A stretch of DNA of 64,000 nt from Nemertoderma westbladi (Eukaryota > Animalia > Xenacoelomorpha), in NCBI GenBank assembly GCA_032718475.1, contig JAUCBJ010006629.1, positions 1-64,000 of the forward strand, in the 5' to 3' direction. A model generated the notes under the pieces. The model worked only from the letters and a program-made list of their open reading frames with translations. It searched no databases and was not told where the DNA came from. Positions 12,740-21,289 of the stretch are shown here, in pieces (position 1 is the stretch's first letter; each line of letters opens with the position of its first letter). A program made the translations under genes and the position numbers.

Positions 12740-13935
12740 TAGTTGGATAGCACGCGAACACGAATCTGGGCCGAACTGAACCGAACTGATCGAAAGTGTG
12801 GCGAAATGGACCAAGTGTCTATAGCGATAGTGTTAACCGAAATTCTGTCAATCTTCAGGATTTTATCTCTGTAAATGGATTGTTTTCGGCTGGAACCTAG
12901 TTCAAAAAGGGGCTGGAAAGCTATGGACTCATAGTGGACCCAGTGGTCACAAGTCCCAGATAGACCATTTTCTGTTTCGTAGGAAATAAAGGAGCTCTAT
13001 AAAAGACTGTAATGCTTTTACACTTCGACCCTTCTCCAGTGATCACCACCTTATTGTGGCTAAGGTAAGACTTAGTCTGCGTGCTAGCAGAACAACGAAA
13101 TCTGCCTTGCCGCGGCATGACTGGTCCTCTCAGTTGCAACAGCCAAGTGTGAGATACAGATTCACACTACAGCTGAGCAACAGCGGCACATCACTGTGAG
13201 GGCAATACTGCCTACACAGAAGCAGTTAAGTTAACAGCTGCAGAAAAAGTTGCTGTATACTCTCGAAACCGGAAAAGGGCCCCCTGGACTGACCACAAAA
13301 TTCAGAAGTGCCGAAATGACCTTCATAAGGCGCCGAAAGAGTCCCGACTCAAACAGACAACAGCGGCCAAGAATGCAGTTAAGGCTGCATCTAGATCCCC
13401 GAACAGGCAGTACTCTGTTAATATGCAGGAGCTAATAAACCAACATGTTGATGCCATCAATGATTCTGACAACAGCAGGCAATCATCTCAGGCATAAAAA
13501 TTGATCAACTTGCTTACTGGGCGAAAAGCCAACCAACCACCAAGGTTAATACAGAATCACCAGCCGATCGCCTCAATGGTTGGAAGGCCCACTTTGAAAA
13601 GCTCCTCAATAATGACAGGGTATTGCCTGATAACTTTATAGAAGTAAAAGTTTTTGAGTCTGTACTCCCAGATATTCCCATTGGCGATATCTCCTTTGCA
13701 GAAGTGAAGGCTGCTGCAAAGAGAAGACAGGCATCTGGCTGTTATCTTTGTTGACTTCTTCAAGGCCTTTGATTCAGTCTCTCTCTCACGTATGTTCAGC
13801 ATACTTTCATTATATGGGTTTCCTGATGAAATTATTGCAGCAATCAGATCAGTATACGGTGGTTCGACAACGTTTGTGTCGATCGAGGACCAAGGAATAT
13901 GAGGTGATGCAAGGGGTGAGGGAACATGGGGTGAC
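12740..13935 (+). pseudogene. Degenerate RTE-like LINE fragment (APE end and RT start)
   Basis: Translates piecewise to KLWTHSGPSGHKSQIDHFL...SSDHHLIVAKVRLSLR and LAVIFVDFFKAFDSVS...YGFPDEIIAAIRSVY, with stops and frameshifts. Confidence 0.8.
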
Positions 13936-14008
13936 AGAAGTGGGGGGAAAACCAACAAATGGGGGGGGGGGGGGGGGGGCAGCTGGCAAGTATAACGTGT
14001 ATCCTTTG

Positions 14009-15654
14009 TGTTCGCGGTATTTCAACTTTCCATAACGCGAGTTGAATATTTTTGTATTTTATTTAAAATTGATTATTCCGATATTACTACTGGGTGCGGG
14101 ACCATGGGTTTTGGGCACATTCAATAAACTGGGGGCGATTTATGGGCGAACTTTGGGGCAACTTACAGGGTACGGGAATAATTTCATAGTTATAAGGGCC
14201 AGGGGGGGATGGCAAATGCAAGCAGTATTCAGGTTAGCCTGAGTACTATTAGGCCCTGGCCAACTTCCTGCTGCCTGTAGGGGTGGATTTGGTAATGCGC
14301 CAGGCCTAAAGGACAAGGACTGCCCTTAGCGGTCCCTGGCCAACAGCAGCCATTACGAGACTGAAAAGAACTCGGACCGCTGACTGCTTGTGTCAGGGAT
14401 TTGCGACGGGCACCGACGGCCCCTTAGTAGCCAAGCCGTTCTGGTTCTCGATGATCGTTCCCTTCGGGGTTCGTGAGGGGTGGAGCGGACACGCGAACGG
14501 GTGGCCAACTAACGACTGCCCCCTGACCTAAGCCGTACTGGTTCTCGATGACCGATCCCTTCGGGGTTCGCGAGGGGTGGGACGGACATGCGAAAGGGCT
14601 GGCCACAGGACGGGTTTGACGAGAACTGCCCTTAGCGGTCTCTGGTCAACGGCAGCTACTATGAGACTGAAAAGAACTCGGAACGCTGACTGCTTGTACT
14701 GGGATTTGCGACGGGAACCGACGACAGACCCCTTAGCCAAGCCGTACTGGTTCTCGATGATCGTTCCCTTCGGGGTTCGTGAGGGGTGGAACGGACACGC
14801 GATGGGGTCGAAAGACAAAGGACTAGACTCGACTAGACTCTACTGGCCTACCGACTGTTCGGAGCAGTTTCTCGGCTGCCGAAGCGACTACGAGCCTGAA
14901 AGGGACTCGGAAAGCCTAGGTGGTTGGGTTTCTGTGACGAAACGACGGACCCCTAGCCAAGCCGTTCTGGTTCTCGATGATCGAACCCTTCGGGGTTCGT
15001 GAGGGGTGGAACGGACACGCGAACGGGTCCACCGACACGACAGACTCCTAGCCAAGCCGTACTGGTTCTCGATGACCGAACCCTTCGGGGTTCGAGAGGG
15101 GTGGTACGGATACGCGACAGAGTCTACCGACTGGACCGACCCTTAGCCAAGCCGTGCTGGTTCTCGATGATCGTTCCCTTCGGGGTTCATGAGGGGTGGA
15201 ACGGACACGCGACAGGGTCGACCGACACCGACACTACGGCACTAAGACTGGGACCGAGGGAAAATCTGGGGAACATTAGGTAGGCTAAAATTCTGAGCGA
15301 ACAGTGGTATAATATACCGTAGGGATTAATATTATCGTGTATAATTATTGTGAATATTTGGTGTATATTGATTTGGGGACGCCCAAAATTATTCTTAATC
15401 AGGTTTCAATGATGTTGAACAGGTTTCAATGATGTTGAACAAGTTTCAATGATGTTGAACGGGTTTCAACTATAGGAAGTTACATTAAAGAGTATATCCA
15501 ACTAATGCAGCTTTTTATCAACCGCAAACTTGCATCTCAGAAAATATTCCCTCCCGACAATCAATATCCGGTGACTGGCCGGGGCTCGGTGGTCTGTTAA
15601 GTCACGTCTCCAGCATCGGCGTTTTTCCCCCCTGGTGTAGGGATAACGGCAACA
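14009..15654 (+). repeat. 5' LTR of family A copy 1
   Basis: TGTTCGCGG...GGCAACA; matches 24056-25708 and, inverted, 46523-48154 and 57636-59287. Confidence 0.95.
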
Positions 15655-15905
15655 AAATTAAGAATAATTCACGTGGTTAATTTTGACAGGGTGTCAAAAT
15701 TAAGAATAATTACGGTCAACTTCAACTGGTGGAAGTTGAGAATCCTTCAATACTCTTCAAAAACTCTCTACGTGCTTGCCAGCACCCACTACGAGGAAAC
15801 TCTGGTATTTGAGTTGAGACAAAGTCGTGGTTTAACTAATCAGCAAACTCGATCTAACCAACTCGTAGTCGGCAGATCACATATTTGGAGAGTTGTTAAC
15901 AGGGA

Positions 15906-16097
15906 ATGGAAGTATCGATCACACCCATTGATATAATTCAAGTTGAGCCAGGAATCTGGCACGTCGAAGTTGAGGTACAAGGAACGAACGTTGGACGATT
16001 CAGGATTACTGTTCGGGTGGTCCAAGCTGAGTACAATACCTACGAGGAACTGTTTTACGACATCGCGTATCTAGCCATCGACGAGGCGTTACAATGA
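15906..16097 (+). CDS. 63-aa upstream ORF overlapping the gag start (ATGA)
   Basis: ATG start; stop TGA overlaps gag ATG (caATGAca); intact in copy 2 (57193-57384) with one amino-acid difference. Confidence 0.55.
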   Translation: MEVSITPIDIIQVEPGIWHVEVEVQGTNVGRFRITVRVVQAEYNTYEELFYDIAYLAIDEALQ

Positions 16098-19000
16098 CAA
16101 CAAATAACGTATCCGATACCGACGAGATGGATCACCACACAGACTCGGAAGCCGACGAGGTACCAAACGTCAAGAACATGACCCGTCGGTTAGGGGCTCT
16201 TAAAGGCGGAGTAACCCGAGCGTATCAACGGATGGAGAAACAACTCAAGGGAGTCAAAACCCCCCTCAATGAGGTACAAACTCAGCTCCAAAGTATCCGA
16301 AATATCCTACAGCGGTACGAAAGAATGATACAGGCGTACCAAGAGCTCGTTCCCCCCACCGATCAGGAAAACTACCCCAAGTTGGAAGAACACGTTGTAC
16401 ATCTAGATGGGTTCCGCAAACAACACCGGAGGACCCTCAGCCTTGTGAGAGGCTATGAGGAACAGTATTACAAGAGGGCTGACGCGGAATCAGTACGATC
16501 CTCCAGCATCAGGACAGCAGTACATCGAAAGAGAACGGGGTCCGCTAGAAATCAGCACTCCAGCGCTAGGAGCGAGATATCCGGCTCGGCGCGCAGTTCT
16601 CAAGGGGCGCCGCCACTCCGAGACCAACTGCGAGAACGGAAGGCATTAGCCCTCAAAGCTCGGATGGAAGATGAGTATATTCAACTGCAAGCCAAGCAAG
16701 ATGTATTAGCCGCTGAAACACAAAAGCGAGAGGCCGAACAAGCGGCCGAACGGCAGGCCGAACAACGCGAACAGGAGGCCGAACAACATAGACGAGAGGC
16801 CGAACGACAGGCCGAACAACGTGGACGAGAGGCCGAACGGCAGGCCGAACAACATAGACAGGAGGCCGAACAACATAGACGGGAGGACGAACGACAGGCC
16901 GAACAACGCAAACAGGAGGCCGAACAACGCGGACGAGAGGCCGAACGAGAGATCGAACAACGTAAATGGGAAGCGGAAATGCGTAAACAACACGCCGAGG
17001 CCCAAGCAATTCTCATCCACAAAAAGAATGCGGATATTGCAAAACTCGCAGAATACGAAGCCGCACTTATAGAACGAGATATTCAACTCTACGAGGACTG
17101 GGAAAGGGATATAGATCAGGAATATGAACCAATTCCGGTACCGGAGTTAGAAAAGTCATTTACACCAACAGCGGCGAAACCTCCGAAACCCGAGATCCCG
17201 CCTACCAAACAGTCTACGCTATCGGCACAAGCCCCGGTGTTCCATCCCCCACCGGCTACGCTAAAGAATGAGGAACCTTATTTCCCATCCAACACCACGA
17301 CAGCGAGTGTACCCAAGTACGAGCCTGAAAAGGACTCGGAACGGGACGCCACTCCCCGATCGAACAACCCATTTACATCAACACCACAAACTCGTAGCCG
17401 CGTCATTATTAAAACTCCACCTATTATTGATCCATCAAGTATGGGAGTGAGTGCCAATAACTATAACCCTCCGAGTCACTCCAGTTCAGACGACGTCAGC
17501 ATCATCCGGGCGTTGGAGAACCGCCTTGCCATGCCTAAGATGGAGATTCGCACCTTCGAAGGAGATCCCGTTGATTACCTCAGATTCAAGAAACGGTTCT
17601 TTGCGCAGATCGGATCAACGGACATAGCCGACGCACAGAAATTGGTATATTTATCGCAATACCTGGGTGACAAACCACGCCGAATCATCGCTTGTTTTGA
17701 GGGAGGTTCTCATGAAGCATACTACGACGCATGGAAAACTCTAGACAAAAGATACGGAAATACCGGGACTATAATTAATAAAACTCTAGAGAGACTGATA
17801 CAGGACGCGGGATCACTAGGGGACCCACAGAACATACAGGAATTCTCCGACTCTATGAAGGATGCATACTATACCTTGAAACCCTTAAATAAGGAGGACC
17901 AGGTGAACAACATTCTAAACCTCCGACAGATCACCAAGAAGTTCCCCGGATGGCTACAAAGTAAGTGGGCTTATAAATGTGTAGATCTCCGGCGCAGACA
18001 TCCAGATCGAGATCCTAGCTTCCTTGAAATGTCGGCATTCCTGGAAGATATCTCCGAGGCCATGAATGACTCGATGTTTTCAAAACAAAGTCTCGCAAAG
18101 TTGGACGGAATAGAGAGCAACTCCAGGAGTAAGATAACCCCTCCGAAACCGAGATTCCGCCCCCCACCGGTAAGTACGATGGCCATTACCATGGCAGAGG
18201 GTTCCGACGACGAAGACTACGAGGAACCGACATCCGCCGAGGAATGGGCATGTTATCTCGCGAGTTGGGCACCCGAAAGGGAAGGCATCACAAATTCCCT
18301 GCTCTGTCTCTTCTGTGGGGAGAAACACAAAGTGGAATTCTGCAGAAAGTTTCAGTTCGCCGAACTCGTCCCACGCTTCGAGGCGATAATGAAACACCGA
18401 GGATGCTTCCGGTGTCTTGGAACAGGTCACTATGTTCGGGAGTGCGACCAAAGATCATGCTGTACTGTCTGTAACGACCAACGCCATCACACGCTCCTCC
18501 ACATCCCCGCGAACTTCGATTTTACTACCCTCCCCTTTCGGATCGAAGCCAGGCGAAGAGGAGAAACAAACCACATCTTCAAAGGAACCCGGACAACCCA
18601 ACGGAGAGAAACCAACCCGTTTAAGATCTCCACCGATACACCACAAGTAACCAATATTTCGGCCACGATTAATCTTATAAATCGCCGCTACATGGTTTTC
18701 GCAAAGGTAATCCCAGTAAGGATCCAAGGAGTCGGCAAATCTTTGACGACACTCGCGTTCCTCGATAACGGGTCTGACGGAACCATCATCGACCGGGATT
18801 TCCTCGAGCAACTCGGCCTAGAATATGAACCTTGTAAACGGCCCATACAAACCATCACCGATAACAGAGAGGTAGAGTCCGGGGAGGTGCAACTCCAGAT
18901 GGAAGGAGTGATGAAGGGCTATGAAACGGCTAAGTTAACCATCAAGAACGCCTTGGTACACACAGACCTCCGGGTGCGGTTCCGACAATCAGCCGAGTAC

Positions 19001-20044
19001 GCCCCCCTCATACAATTAGACCGAGACGATGTAGACCTGAGGTGTCCGCAGTTGGACGTGAACCGTATCACCCTACTGATTGGACTTGATACACCGGAAC
19101 TACACATCCCCACCGGAGATATCGCTCGATCTATAAACCAGGATGATGGATTTTATGCTGAACGAACAATAATGGGATGGACACTCTGCGGCATTAAGGA
19201 GGAAACTACGGACACCTATACCTACCTTCCTAAATGTCAGATTAAAGAGAATGTAACCTCTGTGGGTTATTGCTCAGCTTCAGATCTTGACGAGGATTTG
19301 TTTCTGGAAACCGAGAAAACCCAACGAGAGATGACGAAATATTTTAATGTGGAGACCCGAGAGTTTGCCGAGAAGGACGAGAATCCGTCCGAGGAAGATC
19401 AATATTGTACCAACATTTTTGATCAGGCCACGTTCAAAGACGGACATTGGCGCATGCCCATGCTTTGGTGGCTAATAAGGTTGTTGATGATAATAATGAT
19501 GTTGATAACATTGACACCATTAACGGGAGAGCATGGACTAATCTGCCGTAATACCCAGATGGCGAACCCCTCAGTTGAGTCCCTCACTCCTAACCACCTA
19601 CTGGGGAGACCCAAAACCCACGTTCTCCCGGAAACCATGTTCCCGGATCCCAACGAGATCACGAAACATACAAACTGGAAAAAGGCCCAAGCGTTGGCAG
19701 CGCATTGGTGGAGAATCTGGGCCCAGGAGTACCTCATAACCCTCCGGATCAGGAGGAAATGGAACAACACCTACCGGAACGTCGCAGTTGGCGACATGGT
19801 ACTAATTAAAGAAGATCTCAAAGACCGCGTTCACTGGCCTGTGGCGCGGGTCGTGACCATACACCCAAGCAAAGACGGACTTGCGAGGACTGTGACGATA
19901 CGAACGAAATCGGGCCACTACCAACGCCCCATCCAGAAGCTGTGCCTTCTTGAAGGCAATGACAGTGGTGATTCTACAAGAGGTGATAAGTTCCCTACTA
20001 CGGATCCTGCTGCAGACATCGGTGACAATGACAAATGTGTTTAA
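16094..20044 (+). CDS. Gag-protease fused in frame to integrase C-terminal domain
   Basis: Coiled-coil repeats, BEL gag core (MPKMEIRTFEGDP), three Cys/His knuckles (CLFCGEKHKVEFC, CFRCLGTGHYVREC, CTVCNDQRHHTLLH), aspartic protease FLDNGS, then LTPNHLLG...FWxxW-like WWRIWAQEYL...RPIQKLCLL. No YVDD-type RT motif. Confidence 0.92.
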   Translation: MTTNNVSDTDEMDHHTDSEADEVPNVKNMTRRLGALKGGVTRAYQRMEKQLKGVKTPLNEVQTQLQSIRNILQRYERMIQAYQELVPPTDQENYPKLEEHVVHLDGFRKQHRRTLSLVRGYEEQYYKRADAESVRSSSIRTAVHRKRTGSARNQHSSARSEISGSARSSQGAPPLRDQLRERKALALKARMEDEYIQLQAKQDVLAAETQKREAEQAAERQAEQREQEAEQHRREAERQAEQRGREAERQAEQHRQEAEQHRREDERQAEQRKQEAEQRGREAEREIEQRKWEAEMRKQHAEAQAILIHKKNADIAKLAEYEAALIERDIQLYEDWERDIDQEYEPIPVPELEKSFTPTAAKPPKPEIPPTKQSTLSAQAPVFHPPPATLKNEEPYFPSNTTTASVPKYEPEKDSERDATPRSNNPFTSTPQTRSRVIIKTPPIIDPSSMGVSANNYNPPSHSSSDDVSIIRALENRLAMPKMEIRTFEGDPVDYLRFKKRFFAQIGSTDIADAQKLVYLSQYLGDKPRRIIACFEGGSHEAYYDAWKTLDKRYGNTGTIINKTLERLIQDAGSLGDPQNIQEFSDSMKDAYYTLKPLNKEDQVNNILNLRQITKKFPGWLQSKWAYKCVDLRRRHPDRDPSFLEMSAFLEDISEAMNDSMFSKQSLAKLDGIESNSRSKITPPKPRFRPPPVSTMAITMAEGSDDEDYEEPTSAEEWACYLASWAPEREGITNSLLCLFCGEKHKVEFCRKFQFAELVPRFEAIMKHRGCFRCLGTGHYVRECDQRSCCTVCNDQRHHTLLHIPANFDFTTLPFRIEARRRGETNHIFKGTRTTQRRETNPFKISTDTPQVTNISATINLINRRYMVFAKVIPVRIQGVGKSLTTLAFLDNGSDGTIIDRDFLEQLGLEYEPCKRPIQTITDNREVESGEVQLQMEGVMKGYETAKLTIKNALVHTDLRVRFRQSAEYAPLIQLDRDDVDLRCPQLDVNRITLLIGLDTPELHIPTGDIARSINQDDGFYAERTIMGWTLCGIKEETTDTYTYLPKCQIKENVTSVGYCSASDLDEDLFLETEKTQREMTKYFNVETREFAEKDENPSEEDQYCTNIFDQATFKDGHWRMPMLWWLIRLLMIIMMLITLTPLTGEHGLICRNTQMANPSVESLTPNHLLGRPKTHVLPETMFPDPNEITKHTNWKKAQALAAHWWRIWAQEYLITLRIRRKWNNTYRNVAVGDMVLIKEDLKDRVHWPVARVVTIHPSKDGLARTVTIRTKSGHYQRPIQKLCLLEGNDSGDSTRGDKFPTTDPAADIGDNDKCV

Positions 20045-20321
20045 ACCCTTCTTATCATGTTGACAAACTCTTATAAAACTGTGATTTATCGACAACGAAT
20101 TATGGACCCCCTTAAACCAACTGTAACCACGCAATGGTATTTGTGTTTCCTCGTGTGTTATGTGGAGTCCAGCGTCACCCTGCAGATGTTTCGACTGACG
20201 CAGGGTCGTTTATGCATTGTTTACCCTGATTTTGGTCATCAGGACCTACGATATTGGATTATTGGAAATGGTGAAGATTTGAAGTGGAATTCATTGTATT
20301 CATTGCAGTATGTTATGTTGT

Positions 20322-20745
20322 CCGTTGCGTGCGCAGTTCGGGGCATAGACGGTATAACGAGTCCAGCTGTAGATCCCGGATTGCCGCGCAACACCCCCTC
20401 TATCCCGTTATTCTGGTGGGTCCATGGTGCATCCACATGACTTCGACGATAGAGGGTTTTATGTTTCTCAGTCGCGTTATTCTGGTGGGACCGTTACGTG
20501 GATTTTGGGGCGTAGGCGGTGTAACGAGTCCAGCTGTAGATCCCAGAATGTTGCGTAACCCCATCCCACATGACTTCGCCGACTGAGCTTTATGTTGTTG
20601 GGAGTGTTATTCTGGTGGGTCCCTGGTGCATCCACGTGACTTCACTCCCAGCGTCGTCATTGTCCGTTACGTGCGCAGTTTGGGGCGTAGGCGGTGTAAC
20701 GAGTCCAGCTGTAGATCCCAGATTGCCGCGTAACACCCCTTCCAC
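20322..20745 (+). repeat. Three diverged copies of a structured motif between pol and ORF3
   Basis: Core TAACGAGTCCAGCTGTAGATCCC occurs at ~20354, ~20522 and ~20697, enclosed by covarying stems; mirrored at ~51470-51895. Confidence 0.85.
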
Positions 20746-21289
20746 GACAAAGATTAACCAAAGAAGATGATTGAATATAGTTGGAAACGATGAAAAGGAT
20801 CAGACAACTCTACTATAAACCTGAATGATGACGCGTATACTGATGAAAATGAAATGATGCGCACCCTGGTGCTGCGCTTATAACCAATGATGATAGCCGG
20901 GGGGCTATAAACCCAATGATGATGTGGAAATAAATAAATGTGAAATAAATGGTGGAACTAAATGATGAAATATATGTGGAAATAAATGAAATGAGATGAA
21001 ATAATAATGAAATGAAAAAAGAAAAAAAAAAGGTATAAAAAAGGTCAAAGAAAAGAATTAGAAAAAAGAAAAGGACAAAAAAGTCATAAAAAACTGGTTG
21101 GATATTATGTATAGCTATAGTAACTGTAAATGCTGAATGTATTAGCAATAAGATGATAGATGCCTATATAGCAATGTTATTAATAAACTGAATTAAATAA
21201 AAAACTGAATTATTCTGCTATCGCTATAGTTTCAGACTTTCTGGACTTATAATTAACTGATCTAATTTGTAACGGATATAATCGTAAAT

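Noticed and set aside
13961-13979. Long G homopolymer (also ~29396-29414)
   Set aside because: Could form G-quadruplexes but sits in decayed TE sequence, and homopolymer length is unreliable.
14430-15213. CRISPR-like repeat-spacer array or hammerhead ribozymes in the LTR
   Set aside because: Eukaryotic LTR context, long variable repeats, spacers related to one another, no cas genes; no CUGAUGA/GAAA core in hammerhead arrangement.
14042-15283. Short ORFs within LTRs and antisense ORFs over gag and ORF3
   Set aside because: Recur only because LTRs are duplicated, or are shadows of GC-richer coding and repeat sequence.
20813-21148. Hydrophobic Phe/Ile-rich antisense ORF as an env-like membrane protein
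   Set aside because: Reflects the A-rich low-complexity spacer and is not preserved in length in copy 2.
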